Source: a virus
Direction: 5' to 3' (one strand)
Virus record (IMG/VR): IMGVR_UViG_3300037502_001802
DNA: 39,073 nucleotides
In this document: positions 18,667 through 25,421 of the stretch, piece by piece
Position numbering within the stretch: the stretch's first letter is position 1
How the letters are laid out: every line of letters starts with the position of its first letter
Translations under genes and position numbers: made by a program
Notes under the pieces: generated by a model
Database searches by the model: none
What the model saw: only the letters and a program-made list of their open reading frames with translations
What the model was told of the DNA's origin: nothing

Positions 18667-18944
18667 TACACCTCAACCCCTGAAGCGTCCACCCACGCCG
18701 CTCCGTTCCACCAGATCGGATAGCCAAGCGTGCTATCAAAATACTGCTCGAACGTGACCGGGTTTTCCGGGCGCAGCGATGTTAATCCACCTCGCCTGAC
18801 AGCCTGGAGAGTTGCCGCCTTGACGGTATCCTCTACCGCCGTCTTGGTGGTTTTCTTGAGGCTGCCATCTCGAACAATGGGAACCAGGTCGCCGCTCTTG
18901 AAGTCAGTAACAACTGGATACGCCCTTGATGTAATGTCACTCAT
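18666..18944 (-). CDS. Hypothetical small protein with tail-fibre-like C-terminal motif
   Basis: ATG 18944 has a GAGGG 9 nt upstream; the track's GVG start at 18950 is too close to it. The C-terminal YFDSTLGYPIWWNGAAWVDASG resembles a motif I associate with phage fibre/spike proteins. Confidence 0.55.
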   Translation of the reverse strand: MSDITSRAYPVVTDFKSGDLVPIVRDGSLKKTTKTAVEDTVKAATLQAVRRGGLTSLRPENPVTFEQYFDSTLGYPIWWNGAAWVDASGVEV

Positions 18945-18961
18945 AAACACGAACCCTCATT

Positions 18962-19342
18962 TCAATAACTCCATATCCAAGGCCGCGGCCTGTGTTCTTC
19001 GTGCGGCAAGTCATCCAAATGGATGAACCGGCCTGTGCCCTTCTGGTTGACGCCAACGCCCGTAAAACCGTGCTTGACCGCCAGCGCCACCAACTCAAGG
19101 GCATCGCCTCCGGTCACAAACACATCGCAGGCATGACCGCTACTGTGTGCGCCGGGTTCGCTCTTGCTGGCCTCCACCGGATGTGACGGGTCACGGTAGC
19201 CGGAGCTGATCAGCATGGGCCTGCCGTAGTCCGTGCGCAGGGCTTGCAGCCGCTCCATGAAACCGGCGTCCATGTTCAGCCGGCCCGTGTGCTTGCACCG
19301 GAACTCGTCAGGGCTGAAATTGGGGTAGTTTTGCCAGTTCAT
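18962..19342 (-). CDS. Second peptidase M15 (M15_3-like) cell-wall hydrolase
   Basis: FSPDEFRC, ISSGYRDPSH, SGHACDV and RFIHLDD motifs. AGGAG RBS 8 nt upstream. Confidence 0.8.
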   Translation of the reverse strand: MNWQNYPNFSPDEFRCKHTGRLNMDAGFMERLQALRTDYGRPMLISSGYRDPSHPVEASKSEPGAHSSGHACDVFVTGGDALELVALAVKHGFTGVGVNQKGTGRFIHLDDLPHEEHRPRPWIWSY

Positions 19343-19403
19343 GGGCTTGGCTCCTGGTTAATGGCCCCGGCGTACCGTTGGCAGAGGCCGGGGAGTTGCC
19401 GGC

Positions 19404-19703
19404 TTACTTGCCGGCCAGCTTATCACGCAACAGGTATCCCTCAAGCGCCCAAATCTTGTTTCGGGCATTATCGCGGGCAATCTTTCGCCCGATAGCCTCA
19501 TCAAAGTTTTCAGGGCTTGCGGCTGCGCTTTCGCCGGTAACGATGTAGCCGTTGCGCAGAGTTAGCGCGCACACCGTCATGGTTGTACCGGGAAACACAT
19601 GATACTGCTCAGAGTGGATGCACTCGTTGATTGCATCCGGGGTCAGTCGTGGAGCGTTAAGCCCTTTCGACTGGATTTCTTTCTCGATCTCTTGCTCGCT
19701 CAT
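19404..19703 (-). CDS. Gp49-like protein (N4 gp49 / Sf6 gp66 family)
   Basis: 99 aa. Pattern KGLNAPRLTPDAI...TMTVCALTLRNGYIVTGESAAASPENFDEAIGRKIARDNARNKIWALEGYLL is characteristic of this family. GAGG RBS. Confidence 0.75.
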   Translation of the reverse strand: MSEQEIEKEIQSKGLNAPRLTPDAINECIHSEQYHVFPGTTMTVCALTLRNGYIVTGESAAASPENFDEAIGRKIARDNARNKIWALEGYLLRDKLAGK

Positions 19704-19950
19704 ATCGTCTACCTCAAAGTCAGTATATGGTTTTGCCCGCCAAGGCGACCGCGTTCTCGCAATCCGTTAGGCGGGCAGAGTGGCAGCCGACCCGGTATGA
19801 CCAGCCTGGCGCGTACCACGGGGTCAGTATAACCGCATCCGCACAATAAACACCACCGCCTCCCCAAGCAAACCTACCTGCGGCTGCACTCGGTACTTGG
19901 TGTACGTTAGCGCTGGGTAAACCATGGGGCAAACCTTGGTGTTATCGCCA

Positions 19951-20265
19951 TCACGCCCGAACCTTCCGAACCATAGCCGCCATACCAGCAACAGCCAGCA
20001 TGAACACCACGTAGAACAACACGTGCGGCTGCATGGCCATAACCGCCCATCCCATAGCCGCAGCCACGACACCGCAGAATACGAACAGCAGGCAGGCAAA
20101 CGACAGCAGGCGACCACCCAGCTCACGCCAGAGGCCGACACCGAACATGGCAGCTGAGAGTGAGAGTTGAGCGCCCGGGTGCTCAGCCGGAAGCGTCAGA
20201 GCCAGATACCCACCGATACCCATCGGCAGGGCGTTGATCCAGGTTTGTGCGGTGATTGAACTCAT
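19951..20265 (-). CDS. Small polytopic membrane protein (3-4 TMDs), first gene of the late operon
   Basis: ATG 20265 is preceded by GGAG at a 6-nt spacing (the track start 20292 is a GTG without an RBS). Several long hydrophobic segments. Confidence 0.65.
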   Translation of the reverse strand: MSSITAQTWINALPMGIGGYLALTLPAEHPGAQLSLSAAMFGVGLWRELGGRLLSFACLLFVFCGVVAAAMGWAVMAMQPHVLFYVVFMLAVAGMAAMVRKVRA

Positions 20266-20296
20266 GGTGTTCTCCGTAGTGTTAATTTTCACTGTG

Positions 20297-20326
20297 AGGA
20301 TAGCGCCGTCAGGGTGGCTTGGTCAA
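20297..20326 (-). promoter_or_regulatory. Candidate sigma70-type promoter of the leftward late operon
   Basis: Minus strand TTGACC (20321-20326), 18 nt, TATCCT (20297-20302), about 30 nt upstream of ATG 20265. Confidence 0.5.
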
Positions 20327-20338
20327 GATTCGCGTATT

Positions 20339-20650
20339 GCTACCACTGGCAGCGGCCTTGCTGCCATGCGTGCTACCGGGTTAAGCATTTGTTTTGTAAC
20401 AATTTTCACCGATTTTTTAGGGGGTGGCAGCAGCGGTAGCGGAGAAAAATAGCCCTATAGAGAAAAATCCATAACAAAAACCAAAACCCAAATAGACCAT
20501 ACAAAACCGCACACAAAAGGTTAGAGCATTATATAGTGCTACCACTGCTACCACTAACATAATAATAATAATAAGTTATTGATTTGTATTGTATTGTGTA
20601 GCCCTTTCCGCGGCAGCAAAGGGTGGTAGCAAGTGGCAGCGCCGGTAGCG
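20339..20650. repeat. Iteron-like repeat clusters flanking an AT-rich block (candidate origin or regulatory hub)
   Basis: 12 copies of GGTAGC/GCTACC and GGCAGC/GCTGCC. 18-nt unit GTGGCAGCnnCGGTAGCG at 20424-20441 and 20633-20650. Tandem GCTACCACT x2 at 20538-20555. Palindrome TGGCAGC-6-GCTGCCA at 20347-20366. (AAT)5 at 20561-20575 and TTGTA repeats at 20584-20600. Confidence 0.6.
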
Positions 20651-20658
20651 AAATTAAC

Positions 20659-20681
20659 ATAAAAAAAGGCCCCGAAGGGCC
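20659..20681 (-). terminator. Rho-independent terminator after the primase-helicase gene
   Basis: Minus strand GGCCC-TTCG-GGGCC followed by TTTTTTT, starting 1 nt after stop codon 20682-20684. Confidence 0.85.
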
Positions 20682-23447
20682 TCACATAATTTCTACAAGC
20701 GGTATCTGTATGGCTCGATTCCTGACTCCAGCAAACCGGATTGCGGGTTTTTGTTCTGCCCCTTGTATGCGCTCCAGTATCCTGCCCCATCCTCCAGCCC
20801 AGGGCGTATCCCTTAAAATCTTTCGTATTTCCTGATGTGATTCACTGACGATCAGCCAGCCATCGTTGACCTTGACCCCGTGACGGGCCAAAGCAAAAGC
20901 CGCGTCCTCCACAGTTACCTCGTAATCGGTTACAGTCGCCCTCGGGTCAAACTTCTGGACAAGTTCCGAAATCGACCTCACCTTGTTGCCCTTTTCGGTA
21001 TCCAGCCTCACCTGCGCCTGCAATAGCTCCTGAATCAACATCACCTCGTCGCTGTCGGCGCTCTCGTCGCCATCCATGCCCCAGTCCTGCCCGGTGACAT
21101 ACTCCCGGGCCTCGGCCAGCGTGACAGCTTCTGACGACCGCAGGGACCACGCCCCGGCCAGCAGGGCTCCAAGCTGATCGCCGGCCCGCTGGTTGCCGAT
21201 GTGCTCGGCTGCGACCTTGGCAAACACCCGGGCGGATTCCCGGATCACCGGGATAAGCTGGTAAGTTCGGGACCGCAACGCCGCACAGTATTTCTTGGTC
21301 AGGGTGTTGTTCACCGATTCCTCCAGAGCCTCGAACTGCTCCCGGCCCCCGGCGCCTGGTTTCGGTTTCGTCAGTGAAAGCACCGTAAACCGAGATTTAT
21401 CGGACGCCTGAGCCAGCCCCACGTTGATCGAGCCCATCAGGAACATGGATCGGATCTTGAAGGACATGGCCTTGCCGCCTGCCGTGCCTTTGGCGATTTC
21501 CGCCAAGCTGTCAGACGATGCCTGGCGCGCCAATTCCAGGACGGCCTGCATCCGTTTGCGTGCCGTCTGGTTCTCTCCCTCGGCCTCATCGAACACCACT
21601 GAACGGGCATCCTGTTTCAGCCGTTGGCGAATACCTGCCTCAGTGGACGTGGACTGCACCGTTAGGCTGGACGCGCCCAGAACCGGTCCCACGATGTTAT
21701 CGAACACCCACGATTTACCCGTGCCCCGTTGCCCGGTCAGCCAAGCATGAGGTCGCCACTGTAGTGCCCCGCAGATCGGCGCTAGAACAAGCCAGCCGGC
21801 AAACAGCGTCGCGTTCACAGGTTTCTGCCAGTTAAGCATCCCGCAGATGGCGTGAAGCAGTATTGCGTCGTCCTCGTCAAGATGGCCCTCGGGTTTTAGC
21901 GCCTCAAGAGCCGGTTTTTTTTCGTAAATGAAACGCGTTTTGTGGTCCGTCAGATCCGTTTCTTCACCGTTCACCAGCAGCCGGTCGCCCAGGTGCAGGA
22001 TGGATTTACCGGCGTCGAACCATGCGCCACGGCCCCGGACCCTGGCAGCGTCGAAGGTGCCTTTTTCTTCGGACCACCGCATGAGTTGATCCGTTGCTTC
22101 GGTCCAGTCCGCTCCCTGTTTTGAAGGGAATCGCATTTCGTACCACCAGAGCGGAGCGATGGATAGCAGATAAGATTTGTTCGTGTGCGTGCCGGCACTG
22201 ATGGCCGTCACTTGTTGAGTGGATACCGGGAGGTAGTAGTAGTGCCCTTCGTCGATTCCCAGGCAGCGGAATGGCGGTTTGATGTCCATGGGTTCCGGGG
22301 CGGACGGTTTAGCCGGCGCTGGTTCCGGTTCGGGTTCCGGTTCGGGTTCTGGGTTGTCGCTGGGCTCGGCTCCCGGGAGTTTTCGTATTTCCTCCGGCGT
22401 CCGAATATTCGATTTAATGTGCGCCATTACATCAGCCCCGGTCCAGCCCTCTGCCTCGGCGTCTGCGGCGTCCCATCCATCCTCAAGGTGGCCCGGATAC
22501 GGCACGGCGACAATCCGCATCTGTCCGCCGTGACGGCTGACGTGTTCCGAGATTTCCAGCATGGCGGCCATGCCGGGTTGCTTATGGTACGGGCGGGTGA
22601 GGCCGGTTCGTTTATCGACCTGGCTGTCAGTGTCCGGCCAGCCCACGATTTTACGCCCTGCCAGCAGTGACCAGTCGGCTTTACTGACGGCCTTGCAGCC
22701 ACCAGGCCATGACAGCACTATCACCGGCAGTTCAGCAGTCAGACGACGGGCTGCGTCGGCGGCCTTTTCTCCCTCGACAAGTATCACGTTCGACTTCGGG
22801 TGCTGGTCAAGTAATTCTGTGCCGTACAGGAGCCGGGGTTCTTGCAAGGATTTCTGCCGTAGCTGACCCTCTCCGGTTTCGGTGCTCACCATCCAGCAGA
22901 CAGGGATTATTTCTTTCTTGTCGGGCTCCGGCTCAATGCGGCAGGTGTAGCCGTGCAGCGTTCCTGCCCGGTCACGGTAGGGCCATGCCGTCACGACCGG
23001 CGCATCCGTCCAGTTATCGCCGCGCTTGGTGCGCAGAGTTTCCGGGGGTCGCACGTCATCGGGGCAGGGCTGGTGCTGCCACTTGTCGGCGGGCTTCGAT
23101 TTCCGATTCGACGCCCGGGGCGCAGCGGTCTCGCCGGTTACGATACCCTCGCCTACGAACTCCTGCAGCTTATCGACGGCCTGCTTGAAGTCGAGCCCAT
23201 ATCGATCCTGCAAAAAATCCAGATGATCACCCTTCGCATCACAGCCGAAACAGTAGTATCCCTTCTCCGGCGTGACCGTAAACGACGGCGTTTTCTCGTC
23301 ATGGAACGGGCACAGGCCCTTGTATTCGTTGCCCTGGCGTTTCAGTTCCACGCCGGTTGCAGATATCAGCGCGTCGATAGATATCCGCGATTTCAATTCA
23401 TCGACATTTACGCGGGGCGCACGAGACCCCTGATTTGGTTCAGTCAT
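20682..23447 (-). CDS. Bifunctional DNA primase / P-loop helicase (CHC2 zinc finger + Toprim + PE-repeat linker + NTPase)
   Basis: CPFHDEKTPSFTV...YYCFGCDAKGD zinc finger (23241-23312). Toprim-like ILVEGEKAADAA ... WPDTD. Linker PEPEPEPEPEPAPAKP. Walker A GQRGTGKS and Walker B VVFDEAEG. Confidence 0.9.
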   Translation of the reverse strand: MTEPNQGSRAPRVNVDELKSRISIDALISATGVELKRQGNEYKGLCPFHDEKTPSFTVTPEKGYYCFGCDAKGDHLDFLQDRYGLDFKQAVDKLQEFVGEGIVTGETAAPRASNRKSKPADKWQHQPCPDDVRPPETLRTKRGDNWTDAPVVTAWPYRDRAGTLHGYTCRIEPEPDKKEIIPVCWMVSTETGEGQLRQKSLQEPRLLYGTELLDQHPKSNVILVEGEKAADAARRLTAELPVIVLSWPGGCKAVSKADWSLLAGRKIVGWPDTDSQVDKRTGLTRPYHKQPGMAAMLEISEHVSRHGGQMRIVAVPYPGHLEDGWDAADAEAEGWTGADVMAHIKSNIRTPEEIRKLPGAEPSDNPEPEPEPEPEPAPAKPSAPEPMDIKPPFRCLGIDEGHYYYLPVSTQQVTAISAGTHTNKSYLLSIAPLWWYEMRFPSKQGADWTEATDQLMRWSEEKGTFDAARVRGRGAWFDAGKSILHLGDRLLVNGEETDLTDHKTRFIYEKKPALEALKPEGHLDEDDAILLHAICGMLNWQKPVNATLFAGWLVLAPICGALQWRPHAWLTGQRGTGKSWVFDNIVGPVLGASSLTVQSTSTEAGIRQRLKQDARSVVFDEAEGENQTARKRMQAVLELARQASSDSLAEIAKGTAGGKAMSFKIRSMFLMGSINVGLAQASDKSRFTVLSLTKPKPGAGGREQFEALEESVNNTLTKKYCAALRSRTYQLIPVIRESARVFAKVAAEHIGNQRAGDQLGALLAGAWSLRSSEAVTLAEAREYVTGQDWGMDGDESADSDEVMLIQELLQAQVRLDTEKGNKVRSISELVQKFDPRATVTDYEVTVEDAAFALARHGVKVNDGWLIVSESHQEIRKILRDTPWAGGWGRILERIQGAEQKPAIRFAGVRNRAIQIPLVEIM

Positions 23448-23472
23448 AAAAATTCCGCCGTTGGTGAATCGG

Positions 23473-23649
23473 TTACGCGGTCACGCCTTGCAGATAGTCC
23501 GAAAGTGCTTTGACGGTGCTGTTTTTTGGGTCCGTGGTCTTGCCGTCACGGATAAGGCGCAGCGTGTTGTAATGCTGGCCTGTGGCCTCGGCAACCACCA
23601 GCAGGCGGCGATCCTGAAGGGCTTTTCTGATTTGCTCAACTGTCATCAT
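23473..23649 (-). CDS. 58-aa HTH regulator (Cro/Ner-like), not in the ORF track
   Basis: Hand translation: MMTVEQIRKALQDRRLLVVAEATGQHYNTLRLIRDGKTTDPKNSTVKALSDYLQGVTA. AAGGA lies 8-9 nt upstream. First gene of the leftward early unit. Confidence 0.7.
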   Translation of the reverse strand: MMTVEQIRKALQDRRLLVVAEATGQHYNTLRLIRDGKTTDPKNSTVKALSDYLQGVTA

Positions 23650-23684
23650 TTCATTATTCCTTGTAAATTTATCGGTTCAGGTTG

Positions 23685-23714
23685 TTGACAGATTACACCC
23701 AGTGGCGCAAGAAT
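23685..23714 (+). promoter_or_regulatory. Candidate sigma70 promoter of the rightward early operon
   Basis: TTGACA (23685-23690), 18 nt, AAGAAT (23709-23714). Confidence 0.55.
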
Positions 23715-23719
23715 GGCAA
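23692..23719 (-). promoter_or_regulatory. Candidate leftward promoter overlapping the rightward one
   Basis: Minus strand TTGCCA (23714-23719), 16 nt, TGTAAT (23692-23697). Confidence 0.35.
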
Positions 23720-23748
23720 TACCGAAAACGGAAACGGAGAAACAGAAA

Positions 23749-24408
23749 ATGAACACCACGCTTAGAAAGTCCGACAAATTACACGCGCTTGAATGCATGC
23801 TGATAGCGAAGTACAAGAAGCGCTACGAAGAATTAATGACCCGTCGTCGCAACCTTGCTATGCAGATTTACGATGATGTATTTGGAAAAACCGGGTCGTC
23901 GCTAAAAAGATCAGCCGGGAAGAACTGGAAATTTTGGCTTGAAACCCGGGCGAACGTTAGGGTTGCCGCGCTTCATTGTCCGGCTGTAGAAATTGACTCC
24001 ATGAAGTCTCGGTCAATGTATCGAAGCGGCCGAAAGGATGTGTTTACCTCAAAGTGCCCCGAGCGTCACAGCTTCATGGAAATCTCTTTGGGTTGTGATG
24101 TGCCATGGCCGGACAGTCATTTTTCCGCCGAAATTCCTACTGACGGCATCTCGAAGTCAACAAAACTGAAGTTGGCCAGCCTGAACCGCGCCATTGATAA
24201 ATTTAACGCTGAGGCTCAGGAATTCGCAGACGAGGCCGCCAGCCTATTGATGCGCCTGCGGTCTACCAAAAAAGCAGATGAGCACTTCCCGGAGTTGTGG
24301 CAGTACCTGCCTGACGGCCTGAGAGAGCGGATTAAGCAGGGCGTTGTGCCGGTCAATCAAGCCGACTTCGACAAAATTCGTAAGCAACTACCGAAGGTGA
24401 AGAAATGA
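23749..24408 (+). CDS. Hypothetical early protein (219 aa)
   Basis: ATG 23749 has GGAGA 8 nt upstream. The track start 23713 overlaps the -10 element of the promoter and so is unlikely to be used. Confidence 0.7.
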   Translation: MNTTLRKSDKLHALECMLIAKYKKRYEELMTRRRNLAMQIYDDVFGKTGSSLKRSAGKNWKFWLETRANVRVAALHCPAVEIDSMKSRSMYRSGRKDVFTSKCPERHSFMEISLGCDVPWPDSHFSAEIPTDGISKSTKLKLASLNRAIDKFNAEAQEFADEAASLLMRLRSTKKADEHFPELWQYLPDGLRERIKQGVVPVNQADFDKIRKQLPKVKK

Positions 24409-24605
24409 CAACAATCCAACAAAAACGCCGCCAATTCACCCGCCACTGGAAAGCCTGGCGCCTGGCCAACGAGATACGCTCCCGCGTCGCACAAATGACC
24501 GGCAACCGCAACGGCCCGGCGAAGCACTGGGCCGACGAGTGCCGGGTTATGATGATGCGGGCACGGCGGGAGTTGATGATGGAGTTGCGGAGGGTGCAGG
24601 GATGA
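24405..24605 (+). CDS. Hypothetical basic small protein
   Basis: 66-aa ORF with an ATGA start/stop overlap with the upstream gene. Confidence 0.6.
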   Translation: MTTIQQKRRQFTRHWKAWRLANEIRSRVAQMTGNRNGPAKHWADECRVMMMRARRELMMELRRVQG

Positions 24606-24925
24606 TTCAGGAAGAAATGATGGATCGCCCGATTGAGTCTGACGTGTTTACACTGCTCCGTTTATTTGAAAACGAGCGCGGAATTGATGTGGGCCAGAAT
24701 TGGCTCGACTTGTTGCAGCGGTATCACAGCACGTACGACGAGCCAGAAAAGCGCCCAAAAACATCTTGGCGCCCGGAGCGGTTGCGCAGAGCCATTGACC
24801 GGGCCAAGGCTGCCGGTTTTATAGAGGGCGCTGGCGACTGGATGAAGGATTGGAAGGTCAGCGACAAGGGTTTGGAGGCTCGGAAGGCTGAAACGGCTCG
24901 GAGGATGCGCCGTGCCGGTTCGTAA
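24602..24925 (+). CDS. Hypothetical protein (107 aa)
   Basis: ATG 24602 overlaps the upstream stop (ATGA) and follows GGAGGG. The longer track version (24539) lacks these signals. Confidence 0.6.
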   Translation: MIQEEMMDRPIESDVFTLLRLFENERGIDVGQNWLDLLQRYHSTYDEPEKRPKTSWRPERLRRAIDRAKAAGFIEGAGDWMKDWKVSDKGLEARKAETARRMRRAGS

Positions 24926-25421
24926 ACCCCGCCGAAAACGCCACAACCCCCACAAGAGAGCCCGGCAGTTTTTCTCATCGGTCAGGATATGGACCTGGGA
25001 AGCTGACCGTTCACCCGACGACACGCAGCTCGCTACCGTCCAGGCCCGCACCGCACGAGGCTGGGAAACCCTGACCGGGCGCGTTGCGCAAGCCGTCACG
25101 GAGTACCCGAACAACTGGATCATCTGCGTTAGGGCACTCTGTGCGACGGACACGGATACCTGGGTCGAAGACGAAGCCCGGATTATTAGAGACGTTGCGC
25201 TATCGGAATTTTCGGGGTTGTACATGGATCTGCGGCGTGAGGTTCTGGCGGCTCAGCGCACCGATCAGGTGATAGACGTTGGCTGGATTGCCGGCACGTT
25301 TACAAAAGAATTCCGAGACCATGAGTTGGTGATGCACGGTCTTGGCCAGGTAACTGAAAGCCGTCAGTCGGTCTGGCGGCGGGTTAATAGCGAATTGATG
25401 GAGAGTACGGATGACCGATAA
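24912..25421 (+). CDS. Hypothetical protein (169 aa, GTG start)
   Basis: ORF track. Operon context with short overlaps on both sides. Confidence 0.6.
   Translation: MPVRKPRRKRHNPHKRARQFFSSVRIWTWEADRSPDDTQLATVQARTARGWETLTGRVAQAVTEYPNNWIICVRALCATDTDTWVEDEARIIRDVALSEFSGLYMDLRREVLAAQRTDQVIDVGWIAGTFTKEFRDHELVMHGLGQVTESRQSVWRRVNSELMESTDDR

Noticed and set aside
19720-20141. ORFs 19720-19932 and 19824-20141 (minus) as genes
   Set aside because: 19824-20141 mostly overlaps the membrane-protein gene in another frame and is C/W/R-rich. 19720-19932 has no RBS and odd composition. Only a possible 33-aa micro-ORF from ATG 19925 remains open, with weak support.
20554-20790. 78-aa minus-strand ORF spanning the primase-helicase 3' end and the iteron region
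   Set aside because: It overlaps the end of the 921-aa gene out of frame and runs through its terminator hairpin and the repeat clusters. The product looks implausible.
22318-22355. Short tandem repeats as a CRISPR array or VNTR locus
   Set aside because: The units are 12 bp, contiguous and spacer-free, and lie inside the primase-helicase ORF, where they encode a PE linker.
23713-23748. N-terminal extensions offered by the ORF track (23713; also 34262-34315, 29945-30067, 20266-20292, 11993-12106, 24539-24601, 37452-37517, 37639-37704)
   Set aside because: In each case an internal start has a proper Shine-Dalgarno sequence and/or a start-stop overlap with the upstream gene. The extension either overlaps a promoter, a terminator or the neighbouring gene, or uses an RBS-less GTG/TTG.
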